A stretch of 63,910 nucleotides of DNA, filler included, from Folioceros fuciformis (taxonomy: Eukaryota), in assembly GCA_049999805.1 (NCBI GenBank). It is 5 parts of 5 records of this genome, joined end to end, with 100 filler letters (N's around TTAATTAATTAA, not from the genome) between each part and the next. Parts side by side here need not be neighbours in the genome. Positions count along the whole stretch, not along the records: positions 47,625 to 60,435 come from JBNGIO010004115.1; positions 60,536 to 63,910 come from JBNGIO010004203.1; 3 more parts are not named here. One strand, 5' to 3'. This document shows positions 47,695 to 60,754 of this stretch, piece by piece (the stretch's first letter is position 1; each line of letters opens with the position of its first letter). The position numbers were made by a program, and so were the translations under genes. Under the pieces are notes generated by a model. The model ran no database searches. It was given only the letters and a program-made list of their open reading frames with translations, and was not told the origin of the DNA.

Positions 47695-49700
47695 CTAAGG
47701 ACTGGACAAAATTAATATATATATAGTTTCACCTTCAACTACCGCGGGCGGCACGAGACTACCGGTAGCCCCGCCGGCTACCGATTCGAAAACTGGACTA
47801 CCGGTAGCCCCTTCGGCTATCGGCATCGTCGTCCGACCACAGCGCCCGGCCTTGCCCTTCCCTTTTACTAGCTCCCTGGCCTCGTCCCGTTCTCGTTTGT
47901 ACCTATCCGCCAGCTTCTGGGCTTGTTCCATCGCAGCCATCTCCTGCTCCTTAGCCTCAGCCAACTCCTGCTGTATTTCCAAATTAGTTTCATGGGCTAC
48001 CCTCACCTGAGCTAGGAGCGACTCTTGTTGCTCCATCAGTGCCTGGATCTCTGCCCTAGCTTGGTGCGCCTCTTCCTCTGCCTGTGCCTTGCCCTCACTC
48101 AGGACCCATCGCTCTTCTTCCAGAAGCCGTCGTGTCGTTTCAGACTCTGCCAGCCGTCTCTAGGCTTTGGATTCCTTTCCTCTTTCCTCTTGCCTCTGCC
48201 TCTCCACTTCGGGCCTCGGCCTCCTTTTCTGCCTGCCTACTTAGCCAGGTCAATGCCCTAGCCACCTGGTCCAACACGTCCGTTTGGGCCCGCACCACGG
48301 CTGAGGTTAGTCCTGGCAGATCCACCTCCTGTGACTCCACCGGGGCCATTCCCCTCTTGGTTATCTGCCTCCCCATCAGCGCCCGTATCTTCTCCAGCTC
48401 CTCCGCCTGTAACCTATCCGCCTGAGGGATCTTCCTAAAAACATCCTCCCATTCTGGAAAGGCTTCCTGCTCTGGATTGTGCCCTAATTCCCTCCTTCCC
48501 TCAGGAGGGGTCACTTCCATCACTGGCATTTGCTCATGAGGTGCCTCTAGTTCCCCTTTGTTCAGTTCCTGCTCTATCGACCCTTGGTCTGCTATATCTT
48601 GAACAGCTTCCTGCTCCCCCTTAGCCCGTTCTAGGCCTACCTCCTATGACACCAACCCACTTCCTTTTCTAACCACCTGACCACTAGCCCGTCTCCTCTT
48701 GGCGGGAGCCTTTTTCCCTGACCCTGCCTTTCTCTTCTGCCTGGCGTGGGTCTCCTCCGAACTGTCCGCATTGCTTGCCTCCCAGCTGCTTGAGTTGGCT
48801 CCTGCTGGTCCAGCGGGCTTCCACTTAACATCTCTTATTGGTCTCCACATGTGCAGTGAGGCGAGGACCTCCAGCTCAGACACAAGATTAGTATAGCAAT
48901 AGATATGAATTAGAAAGGGAGAAATCATTGAAGGTCGGGGTGAGCACAGGGTTAGATTCTACCTTTCTTCATCCATCCTGGCGTACAAGATTTTCCCCCA
49001 GTCCACCTTGCTCCCTTTTACCACCTCGTGCGCAAACAGAAGCATCTGGTCGGACAGATAATCCTGCTTGCGGACTTGCAGAAAACATAGGAACCACCTG
49101 GCCAAACCCATCAGCTGCGGGTTGGCCATGTCGCGGACCAGCCACCTATTAATAGGCTTCCTTCTTGGTGTCTGGTTTGAGTAGCCCTTCGGCCTCCGCC
49201 GTGCCACCTCGCTTCTTCAGAGACTCCAACACTAGTCCCCCCTCCTCTTGCTGGTCACGGCCATACCCTCACCTTATCAGCTCTAAATTCCACGCCTGGG
49301 GTCTGTCGCGTATTCCCTCTTCCCGGACAAGCCCTCTCATTTTCAGGGCGCACTCCCTCACCAGCTGCGGCGCTGCATGATTCCACCTTTGGGTCATGAA
49401 CCTGAGGCCTAGTTCTTCGACCAGTTCTCCCGCTCTGACCCTCCAGTGTTTCATGTTGGGCCACAGGAGCACATCAATCCTTGGTACAGGGAAGTCTCCC
49501 TCTTCATGCTCAAGTACCCTTACTCCTAGTAGCAACTCTGACCGCGACCTCATCCTCCTCCGTAATCCGAACCTTGCTACCCTCCTGCGCCGGTGGTTGC
49601 CAAAGCACTCCGCCCGCTCTGCTGTACTACCCAAGCTTCCACTCCCCTCCAGCCATCGTCGCGCTTCATGGCAACTCCCGCTCCCGTTCCAACTCGCGAA
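47695..49700 (-). mobile_element. Degenerate accessory ORF of a probable LTR retrotransposon
   Basis: Long broken minus-strand frame (PQLVRECAL, KVDWGKIL, SPFLIHIY, then coiled coil) with stops and frameshifts; resembles extra ORFs of non-chromoviral Gypsy elements; G-rich tract at about 49916-49928. Confidence 0.5.
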
Positions 49701-50159
49701 AGTTTATGCCCCGATTACTGCCCAAGCCCTCCCCTGTTTCCCCCTGGGGTTTTGTGCTGCCGTTCCCGTTCCACTACCGCTGGTTGGGCTACTATCGGTT
49801 TCCCTTTCCCGATGGTCGCCCAACCGACTACCATCCCCCAGTCATCGCACTTCGATTTTTCACCTAAGTCCTTAACTACCTAAGCCCCTACCCCATTTCC
49901 TGCTTCTTGTTTTCCAAGGGGGGGGGGGTACATATATAGACACATGGGTGCCCCCGCACTACCAAGGGCCAAGGACGCCCTCGCCCACACTTTCCCTTGG
50001 TCCTGTCACTCCATCCTATCAGATCATCAAGGCCAAGAAACCCTTTGGGTATAAATACCCAAGTATTATTTCGATATTAAGCCGATCCATTCGCATCTTT
50101 ACAAAACAAAACACAACTTGTTCACTCTGTTCCTCAAAATAGGAGTCCCGAAAGTTTTT

Positions 50160-52075
50160 TTCCTCTACATAGTGTCACCTTCTTGGAACCACATGCATCT
50201 ATGGGAGAGCCAATACCTTCAAAGGGAGTAACTCTAGCTCTAGAGGGAGTGACTGTAGCTTAAGAGGAGGTAGAAGACTCAGTAGATCCGGATGAGCCAA
50301 ATCCAGCACTTGACCCTCCTATGGACTATCCCCAAGATGACTTTGGCCCTATTGATGATGCTCCACCACTACTTGATGATGCTCTACCAGCACTTGACCA
50401 TTTGAGCCAGAACAACCAGATGTGTTAGTACAAGATTTTGTGGAGCATAATGCATTTTCAGAACATGAACAGTTCATTTTTTATCAAGTTGATTACCAGC
50501 ATGAAGATCTGTTTGATGAAAATGCCTTCCAGGATGCTCTTGCACGTGAGGAGGATGTGCCAGATGTCGCTGAGCCACCTATACAAGAGCCTCGACACTC
50601 CACACGAATGAGTCTAGCTAGGTCAGAGTGGGTAGAACCACCATATCAATCAATTGATTTCAAGCATTCCACTTCAGCACCAACAGTCATCTTACCAGAT
50701 GAGCCCAAAACTCTATCACAAGCATTCAATGGTCCAAAAGCTGCACAATGGTGTGTGGCAGTTGAAGATGAATATCAGTTGTTGATCAAAAACAAAACCT
50801 GCACTCTTGTTGACCTGCAACATGGTAGGAAGCCCATTTTTTTTTCGCCAAGAGGAAAGCCCATTTCAAGTAAGTGGGTACTTAAATTAAAGCTGAAGCC
50901 AAGGGTGAGGTTGCTAGATTCAAAACTAGACTTGTGGCGAAAAGGTTTCACTCAAGTCGAGGGACTCGACTACCAAGAAACTTTCTCACCTATTGTGAGG
51001 GCTCAGTCCATTCGGATCATCCTTGCACTTGCCACAGAGTACAACTTAGACCTCTAGCAGGTGGACATGTGCACGGCCTTCTTGTATGGAGACTTGGACG
51101 AGGATCTATATATGCAGCAACCTGAGGCATACATTGATCAGAAGCACCCACACAAGGTGTTGAAACTCCTAAAATGGATAGATGGTTTAAAGCAGTCTGG
51201 GAGGGTATGGTACATTACGATTCACATCTACCTTCTTAGCATCAACTTTGTACAGAGCACAACTGACACAAACGTGTATCGGCTTACCAAAGGGGTAGAG
51301 TACGTGGTCCTGGCATTGTATGTAGACGACGTGATTCTAGCCACCAACAGCCAGCCATTGTTGTTAGAAGTGAAAGTCCTGCTAAGCAAAAAGTTTGAAA
51401 TGAAGGACATAGGAGCCCTCAGATTCTACTTAGGGATCCAGATCATTCGTGACAGACCTGAGAAGCTTATGGTTATACACCAGCTCAAATACATTAACGA
51501 AATACTGTGAAGGTTCAAGTTAGAGGACTGCCAACCTGCTACAACACCAGTAGCAGTAGGAGTTAAGCTCACAAGTCTAATGTGCCCTTAGACTGCCCAG
51601 GAGAAACAAGATATGGAAGGAGTTCCTTACAAGCACGCTGTGGGAAGCCTTATCTTCATGGCAAATTGGACGAGACCTGATGTACAATACACTATAAGCA
51701 CAGTCTCTCAATTCCTGGAAAATCCAGGGAGGGCACATTGGATTTCTAATAAAACGGATATTTAGGTACCTCAAGGGCACCATGTATCATGGGCTGGTAT
51801 ACAAAAGCAACAGGCAAGATAGACTTATCTTGTCAGGCTTTACGGACGCTGATTGGGCATCAAACTCAGACTCCCGCAAAAGCCTATCCACGTATTGTTT
51901 CTTGTTAGCCTCTGCAGCTGTTAATTGGACCAGCAAAAAGCAAACATTTATATCACTCTCCTCCACTAAGGCAGAGTATAAGTCACTCATAGAAGCTATG
52001 AAGGAAGCAAAATGGGGAAGGAGATTTCTACATGACCTAGGGCAGAAGCAAGAGGAACCAACCTTGATTTTGTGT
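50160..52075 (+). mobile_element. Ty1/Copia pol remnant (RT and start of RNase H)
   Basis: EPKTLSQAF, KGFTQVEGLDYQETFSP, D..TAFLYGDL, GLKQSGRVW, LYVDDV, GFTDADWA..RKS, W.SKKQ, ST.AEY; multiple stops and frameshifts. Confidence 0.95.
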
Positions 52076-52591
52076 ATTTCAAGAGGTCTTGCTCCTCAAC
52101 ATCTGAACTCTACCCTAGACATCTCTGAACACTCATATATATATTATATATATAGCATGCATTCATGTGTATATGGGGTGGCCAGCCCCTATATGATATA
52201 CGCGTATATTCTTGTCAACAGTGCACTTGGATGCCTCCCCTTGGATGCTTCCTCTCCGTCGTGCACACCAAGGCTACTGGTCATCCTGCCACTCTTTGGT
52301 GGTTTACTACACACGAGATCGACAAAAGGAGTAGCTTATCTCTACTCCTCCTCCCTCGATGTGAGTACAGTGATCACACTCATANNNNNNNNNNATCTCT
52401 ACTCCTCCTCCCTCGATGTGAGTACAGTGATCACACTCATAATTATTGGATGCCTCCCCTTGGATGCTTCCTCTCCGTCGTGCACACCAAGGCTACTGGT
52501 CATCTTGCCACTCTTTGGTGGTTTGCTACACATGAAATCGATGAAAGGAATAGCTATCCTCTACTCCTTCTCCCTCGCTGCAACACCTTCA
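52073..52591 (-). mobile_element. Putative 3' LTR of the Gypsy element, with an internal tandem duplication
   Basis: Minus-strand PPT AAGGGGGGGAG (52602-52592) is followed by TG; the segment ends ...ATACA at 52073; 52227-52355 is repeated at about 52446-52575. Confidence 0.6.
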
Positions 52592-52682
52592 CTCCCCCCC
52601 TTAATCTGCTGACCATCTCTCATTGGTAAGCCATATTAACAAACTTTTCATCAACATACATACACGCTGAACATACTACCCT

Positions 52683-55340
52683 TCACAATGTGTCAACCGC
52701 TACACACATTTGACAAAACCACTGCCCATCTGGCACTGCTTCTAGTGAAGGCTCTAAACAAAAAGTATGCCGCCCATCATTGCACCTATTACACAACAAC
52801 ATGCAATGATCACCTCTAGAATCTCCACAACCTATACAAGCAAACCCCTTCCTCGGCACAAAAGCTTGCACATCAATTATCGGATTCAAGTGAGGTAAAT
52901 GACATGGTGCACAATTTTTCATGTGTTCCAAACAAGTTGTACCATCCTTTCCCTCCAACTCCAGAATTCCATTCAACTTCACACTTCTCACCCTTAATAT
53001 TATCCTACTCGCACTTGTATCAATTGTTGTCATCGTCTTGCTCTACAAATATACATAATCTCCAACTTCAAACTTTTTCACCTTGGGCCTGAAATGTCCA
53101 CTCCTTGTTTTCCTGTATCTTAACTCATCCTTGTGTTGAACTAGTAATAGGTTATCCATTGCCATAGGCATTATCCTTCTAAACAACTCCGCTCTATGTG
53201 TGACTATCTTTAACCACTTATTAGGATCGTCCAAATCCACTATAGCATTCACCTTGTCTTCTAACATCCTAGATAATGCCCAAACAACAACATGTACGGT
53301 GAAAACTTTCCCAGCAATGCTTGCCTACTCCTCCTATAACCCATCGCAAGAAATGGTAACATCCTATCCCACTCACTCTTGTCCATTACCAAATAATATT
53401 TCCTCAAAGCACTCTTACATGTCTGTACCATTCTTTCTGCCAAACCATCAGCCTCCGGGTAGTTTCTTGAAGTTACCCTATGATCAATAAGGTACTCATT
53501 TAAAAATTCATCAAATTCTCTCATAAATTCAGTACTTTGATCTGTCAAAACTTCTGCACAAGCCCCAAAAACACTCAACACATGATTAAAAAATGCTTCC
53601 TTAATACCATGTGACTTCTTCTCTCTCAAAGGCACCAAAACTATCCATTTAGAAAAATGTTCTATCATCACCAACATATATTTAAAACCTCTATGTGTAA
53701 CTAGTAACTCTCTAGCCAAATCCAAACTCCACCTATAAAACATCCCTAATAGGCAGCGAATGAAGTTGAGAAGTTTTGCATGAAAAGCTTGCCTTCATCC
53801 TATCACAAACCTCACAAGTAGACACCACCTGCTCAACTACATCCATCATTCCCTTCCAATAATAACTATTCATGAGCAAACTCAATGTTCTTTTTTGTAC
53901 CAAAATGTCCTAACTCTACATGAATCTTTTTTGCCAAACCCATTCTTTCTTCAGGTCTTGGTACCACCCTCATGTTATCATTAAACAACAACTTATTGTC
54001 AACCCATACATATCTCCTGCTTCGCTTTTTCACCCTATCATTCTCCTTCACCGTTAGCGTTTCCTGATTGCCACTCGTCATCACTCTCTCTAATGTACTC
54101 TTATCCTCCCACACATCTACTGGCACCGAAGAAACTCCCAACTCCACCAAATTCACCAGGTATGCACTTGGTGTCCATCTAGACACCACCAGATGAACCC
54201 CAACATTCTTATCAAAATCCTGCCTGGCAACTGTTGAGTTTCAACTTTTCACTCTTCATCAACCACTTCAAAGGTTGATGATCTGTCACCAACTCAAATT
54301 AAGCCCCATACAAATAAGGCCTAAAATGCGATACTGCCCATACCGTTGCCAAACATTCCCCATGATATGAGGAATAATCATTCTATGCAAAATTGTTACT
54401 CCTGCTTGCATATGCTACCACATGCTCTACCCCACTCTCATCATCCTGCGCCAGCACTGCTCCCAAACCACGGTTGCTCCAATCTGTATATAACTTAAAC
54501 TTTCTGTCAAAATTAGGTCTTGTTAATAAAGGCTTGCTCATCAAAATGCCCTTTATCTCCTTAAATGCTCTCTGCTGATCTTCTCCCCAAACCCACACTG
54601 CATCTTTCTTTAACAACATTGTCATTGGTTTTATCACCACACTGTGGTTTGCCACAAAAATTGCGATAATAATTAACCAATCCTAAAAAAGAACGCAAAG
54701 TTCCCACATCTAAAGGTGGTATCATTTTTGCTATCGCTTCAACTTTAACATCATATGGTGCTGTACCCCTAGGCACTATAAAATGTCCCAAATATGCTAT
54801 CTTAGAGGACCCAAACCTACACTTTTGTGAGTGACATGTCAAACCAACCTCCTTCAGTCTATCCAATACTTGCCTAATATTCTCCTTATGTTCTTCCACA
54901 CTACTACTAAAGATTATTACATCGTCTATGTAACATATGGTGAATGACAAACCTCTCAATGCTTGATCCATCGCTTTCTAAAAAGCACTAGGAGCATTCT
55001 TCAATCCAAATGGGATAACCACCCATTCCTATAAACATCTATTACCCCAAAAGGCAGTCTTCTTCTTATCCTCCTCTTCAATTTCAATTTAATTTAAACC
55101 ACCCCTCAAATCCAATGTTGAAAATATCTTACATTCACCAATTGCATCAAAAATTTTCTTTGGCGTTGGCATTGGATATCTATCCATAAGCGTCACCTCA
55201 TTAAGCGGCCTATAGTCACCACACATCCTCTTTTTTGTCCAATTATCATGCACATCCTTCTTTGGTGGAAGCATCGTAGCTGCTGCATACTCTAACTCCG
55301 AAGACCTTATCAATCTATCTTCAAGCAACTCTTAACACTT
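52683..55340 (-). mobile_element. Ty3/Gypsy pol remnant: RT, RNase H, integrase, C-terminal PHD finger
   Basis: RMCGDYRPLN, FSTLDL, YIDDVIIFS, LRSFLGLVNYY, LYTDWS..GLGAVLAQ, VVAYASR, H.ELGHFG, IEHFSKW, VLTDQ, ADGLAER, FEVGDYV, then C4HC3 PHD. Confidence 0.95.
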
Positions 55341-56069
55341 CTTGTCCACAATCTCATTTGAGCGTAGGTGTTGCAAACTTTCACCCTTTTCCGATTTACT
55401 CAAAACTTCTTCTTCCTTGGAGCATAATAACACTTGTACTTGTTTGACCCATATGCATCGTTCGCCCTACCTCACCTCTTGCACATGACTCTAGACATGC
55501 TTCTACTCAAAACCGCTCCCATTTATGCCATGTTCTAAGGAGGTAGAAAACTATTATTTTGATAGTGACAAGTTTTAAGACATTTGTCCGATGATGCTCC
55601 GTGTCATGCCATTACAACGCTTTCCTATTCTCTAACATATGCAAATGCTGATTAACAACATAGAACCTTTGATTCAATTGTTCAATTCGCTACAAGCTTC
55701 TTGGTTACAATTGCTCATTTGCAAAAACACTAAGTGCGTCACCGCTCATCAAGCTTTCTAAGCGAACTATCAAAAGAATGTTTGATCATTCTTTCTCCGT
55801 CCCTATATACCTACAACATACCGTTACTAACCACCTGAATGGTCATTTCTAAACCGTCATCAACTGTCTACAAAGTTAACCATAAAAAACCCTACTCTTC
55901 AACCGTTCCTTTGCCAGCACTTTTGCCTGCCAACTGTCTCTTTAGTCAAATGTAAAGGATTTACCCTTTATGCCAGCGTATTCATCCCAAGCAAACAACT
56001 TTTGCAATTGCGACTTGCATAGAAAGTTCTCACAGATGCAAAACTTTAACAGACTTTCTAAGTCATGAC

Positions 56070-56303
56070 ATGTCTGCCCCGGCCTTGGTTGCTAACCCAC
56101 GTTTTCACGCTAGAACCAAACATATAGAGATACAACACCATTACATCCGTGATGCTGTGGACAGAGGTGTGACAAAAGTAGGTTTTGTGGGAACTGATAA
56201 CAACACTGCCGACATCCGGACCAAGGCCTTGCCAAAACACAAACATCATCAGCATATGGAGGGCTTGGGGATTAGTGGCTTCACAGCACACACTGAACAG
56301 TAG
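56070..56303 (+). mobile_element. Ty1/Copia RNase H C-terminal fragment
   Basis: NPRFHARTKHIEIQHHYIRD ... ADI.TKAL ... LG. Confidence 0.9.
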
Positions 56304-57083
56304 CTGTTCACTTATCTTGTGGGTTGGGTTGGTAGGTGCCATCTTTCAAGTCAGGAGAATCTTCCCATAAGTTTGCCTTGTGGAGACGCCTTGACAGTTA
56401 AGCACCTACCCCTGCTCCCCCAGCAGCTAGATACCTAGACATCAGCACTAAGTGTGTGAGTGTCATAATAGAATACCAACCAGCTCAAGCAAGTTAGCAA
56501 CAGGTGGATGAAGCCAATTGTATACATAGTCGCCTGGCTACCAACAAACACATGCTCAGCCTCTCTCACAGCCTTCCCTCAAAGATTTGGTCAGTCTAGC
56601 AGTGTCCCGTAGTAGGTTCAGCAGCCCCTTTCTGTTCTCCATGTCCTCCATAAGCTAGGGATTAGAAGCAGCTGTTGGCATCGGCCCTCCCCAATCCACT
56701 ATCAGGTTGATGGTCATCCTGAATTGACCGTTGATGATGGCGTGCTCGATATTGATCCATTCCTCTTAGTCTCTATCGCCAGCTGGTGGACCGAGCGTGG
56801 CAGCCTGCTAGCACGGCTCCATCTTTGGTGCATGCTTCCCAAGGCCCCCCCTTTGCTGCATGCGTATAAGTTGCCACTCCTGGTCCTCATAGTGACAAAT
56901 CTGGTCGGTAATTGGATCACAGCGAAGAGCACAAGTTCGAATGCAACGATTATGGTTGGTTGCATCTGAGACTCCATGGTCATCGATGGCAAGCACTCGA
57001 TGGTGGTGAGTGGCAATGCTAGTAGAGGGATCTCGTGGCCATTGCAAGGACATAGCGTGTAGCTTGTTGCGCTCGAGAAGGAG

Positions 57084-57296
57084 TGTGACGAGTTAAGGCC
57101 CTTACGGACAGAGTTCATTGTTAGGGTTACTTGCTTACTTGCTGGTTATTTATACTAGGGCTAAATATGTGAAGGGTTGCTTAGTCGAAGAGGTGCATGG
57201 CAACAAACACTTAAAGTGACATTTTGTACCATTGTTTAATTATTAAGAGATAATATAGTTGAGGCAAAAGTGCTAGCTCTCTGCGTAAATTACACA
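57084..57296 (+). mobile_element. Putative short LTR (213 bp)
   Basis: TGTG...CACA termini, preceded by purine tract GAGAAGGAG and directly followed by the PBS. Confidence 0.6.
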
Positions 57297-57308
57297 TGGT
57301 ATCAGAGC
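57297..57308 (+). other. tRNA-iMet primer-binding site
   Basis: TGGTATCAGAGC immediately after ...CA. Confidence 0.9.
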
Positions 57309-58619
57309 TTGTAAATGCTCAGACTCCTCAATCAATAATGCCAGGACAGGGTAGATCCAATGGGGATCATCGCCAGAACAGAAGAGGCCGACGAGTGGTT
57401 GTGATACACCCACCCAGATTTAAGAGGCCTACTCTTGCGGACGAAGTTCTAGATCTCTACGAGGCAAACTACCCTGAATTGTGCCTTAGGCAATTTGTTG
57501 GTAGGAATTCAGAACCCCCTAATGCACAAGCAAGTGTTGCAAGGTTACAACAGAAAAGTTCTCAAGTACATTCCTTGTATTGTGCTATGTGCTACACTAG
57601 AAATCAGAACCCTGGATTGCGCTATCAGCCACCTGCCCATAGCATTCCTGTGCATTCGCTCTTCACAAATTATGCCAAGACACCTATATGCTCCTGCAGT
57701 AGATAACCATTTGTAGTCAGTTCCTAGTCTGAAGGACCATCCAAACTATGACTACACAATTAGGTGGCTGGAGGGAAAAGAAATTGTTGAAGATTGTTTG
57801 GAGTCTGCTCTTGAAAAGATTGAAAGAAATCAACACATTCTACGAGACGGTGTTGCTCGCATGCAAGTTTGCATCGACACAAAGATTGCAAGGATCAGCC
57901 ATGATGTGAAACATCTCACAGAGACTCTGCATCAAATGGATATTGGACAGAGATACTCACTAGAGTTTCCTTCCTTCAACAGCAGCACCATCCTGTGATC
58001 CTGCTTCTGTTGGCAGGGAGCGAGGAGACATGAAGCGCCACTGTCTAGACAGTGGCAACCTTTCATTCAAATTCGAAGGAGCACAATTCCATATTTGTCC
58101 CTTGCATCTTTTGTGTCTTCTGCTGTTTGAAAGGGCAACTAACCTGTCACATTCAATCAACATGACGGTTAGTAACCCTAAAGAACTCAACTGTAATGTT
58201 TCATGTTTGAAAGTGCACTAAGTTTCTTTTGCAGGACATATATGTTTCTTGGAAGGTAAATGAAGGAGGAAGCATGTTGTTGATCAGATAGGTGCCTACC
58301 CGCCCCTTCTCATCTTCCCCCTCCATCTAGCCCCCTGTCACACATTGTCAGCATTAGCTGCATTTAAGATAACATACATGTTTTAAGCATGACAGCACAC
58401 CATGTTTTGTCTTCCCAAAACCATAGTTTAAAGGTGGAGACTTAGCCGGTTTGCGTGTCCAGATTCGGTTACGACGACAGTGATGATAGTGACATCAACC
58501 ACCACTCCTCTTCCAGTTCAAAGGAAGGTGAAGTTGACCAAGCTGCATATTTTGCATCCTTTTTTTGGTCGAACCCTCCAATAGTTCCCATCATCCATGT
58601 TGCACAATCACATGTAAAC

Positions 58620-60270
58620 ATGTCAAACCCATCATTTACATCAGACTTGAAAGAGAAAGATTGGTTTAACGGTACTAAGTACCCTATGTGGAGAGTGCGT
58701 ATCAAGGCCATCCTCATAGCACAAGGTGTCTGGAGTGTGGTCAGTGGTTCATTTGCAGAACGTGATCCAGCCACAGGCAATCAAGCTAATAAGGATAGGT
58801 GGGGAGCACATAACCAAGTTGCTGTAGCAGTCTTGTTCAATGGACTCGACTCCATACTTGTCCCTGACATAGAGTATCTCACAAAGGCCATAGAGATATG
58901 GAACCAATTAGAAAAGACCTATTAGGTCACAAATATAATGCAACAATGCACTGTTAGGCAAGAATATTATACGTTAAGAATGAAAGAGGGAGATAAAGTG
59001 GGTCCTTACTGTACTGAGTTCCGCCACTTACGTGCTCAACTCGCTTCATTGAAGTACAAGATTGTTGGGGAACATGTTGTGCAGCTGCTGAGCAGCTTGC
59101 CTACATCCCTCCAGCAATTTGTTAGTTTGTATAATAGGCCTTTGTGTATAGCATAGGCTGCTATAGCCGCCGGGAACGCAAACACCCTCACAATTGAAGA
59201 TGTCATCGTGGCTGCCTTGCATTCGGAGTAGCACAGTTGCCTGTTTTCTGTCGGAAGCTCTAAGCCAAAGGCAGATAAAGTATTAATGGCCAAGTTTAAA
59301 CCTAACAGGTGGAAGGACAAGCCTGACCAAGCAAACGAAGGTGATTCCGGATCATCCAGCTCAACTCCAAAGAAGACAGTCAACTGCAATTGGTGTGGTA
59401 AACTCGGTCACTGGGCCAGAGACTGCTGTAAAAAGAAGGCAAGGGAACCCCTGAAGAAGGCATCCACCAGTGTTGCTGTTAAGGACAAGAGCTCAAACGA
59501 CTCTTCCTCATTTGCAGAGAGCGTCAAAGGAATAGTCAGAATCTACACATTATGTCTCTCAAACTCCTTCCATGATAGCGACAGTTGGTACTTGGATTCA
59601 GGTGCAACTACCCACAGATGCAAGGAAAAGGAATTGTTCTTGTACCTGGACACCTCACATATCCATGATAAGGTGTTGATGGGTGACGAGAAGAGTGAGA
59701 CAGGCCTTCAAATTGAAGGACGTGGTAAATGCATTTTCGGATTACATGATAAGGTTGACCTGGTACTAGAAGATGTCTTGTATGTCCCACGAATGGCAAA
59801 GAACCTCGTGTCCTTGAGCAGGCTAATGAGTCTGAAACTGTACAGCATGTTTGCAGACAGAACTTCCTGCTCTTTCCACACTATCTCTATCCCGCACAAT
59901 CTAGTATTCAAAGGCATTCTTGACTGTGATCTGTATCGTTTGGACATCTATTGTAGGTCTCAACCCGCAGCTCTATCAATAGGCACAGGTCAGCTGGATT
60001 CAAAAGTGTTAGCTTCCCTTTGGCATGCTAGGCTTGGTCATGCCAACAGGGGAAAGCTCATTGACATGGTTACAAAGGACTGTTATCAAGAACCCCTACC
60101 TAGATGCTTCAAGGACCTTCCGATTTGTGAAACCTACATACTTGCTAAGCCAGAAGGAATAGCCATTTTCAAGCACACCTGCACATAGGGCCAATCATAT
60201 GTTAGAACTAATACATGCTGACATCTCTAGGAAAATTCACAAGCCATCATTTGGAGGTTCTCGGTATTTG
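58620..60270 (+). mobile_element. Ty1/Copia gag, protease and start of integrase (degenerate, truncated)
   Basis: FNGTKYPMWR..KAIL...GVW, LRMKEG, LLSSLP, zinc knuckle CNWCGKLGHWARDC, WYLDSGATTH, DVLYVP...NLVS, LWHARLGH, LELIHADI. Confidence 0.95.
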
Positions 60271-60754
60271 TGGAATGCGGGTTTTTGGCAAGTACCCGCA
60301 GTAGGTAGGGAGTTGCTAATAACATTTTCAGTTTTGTTTGGTCTTGGTTTGGTAGGTTAGATGAGTGGCGATAATAAGGGGTAGTATTATAAAGAAGTTA
60401 CCTTCTTTGGGATGGCTACCTATAGGGAGGTATGCNNNNNNNNNNNNNNNNNNNNNNNNNNNNNNNNNNNNNNNNNNNNTTAATTAATTAANNNNNNNNN
60501 NNNNNNNNNNNNNNNNNNNNNNNNNNNNNNNNNNNGCCATAGACTGCGGTGACCGTATGGATTTAAGATTGTACAAGAGATACTCACACTCTCGAAATAA
60601 ACATTGTGTGAGCACATGGTTTGGTTACGGACAATGTTGTAGAATCACACAGAATGCGAGTCTTAATTGGACATGTATAGAATGCTACTCCACGTCATCA
60701 GAGGGGTAGACGTTATAGCTACTAAAGTTATGGTCTAGCTAGCTAGTTCTGTTT

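Noticed and set aside
52336-52442. Exact duplication of about 48 bp around a 10-N gap
   Set aside because: Identical sequence on both sides of a fixed-size gap indicates an unmerged contig overlap.
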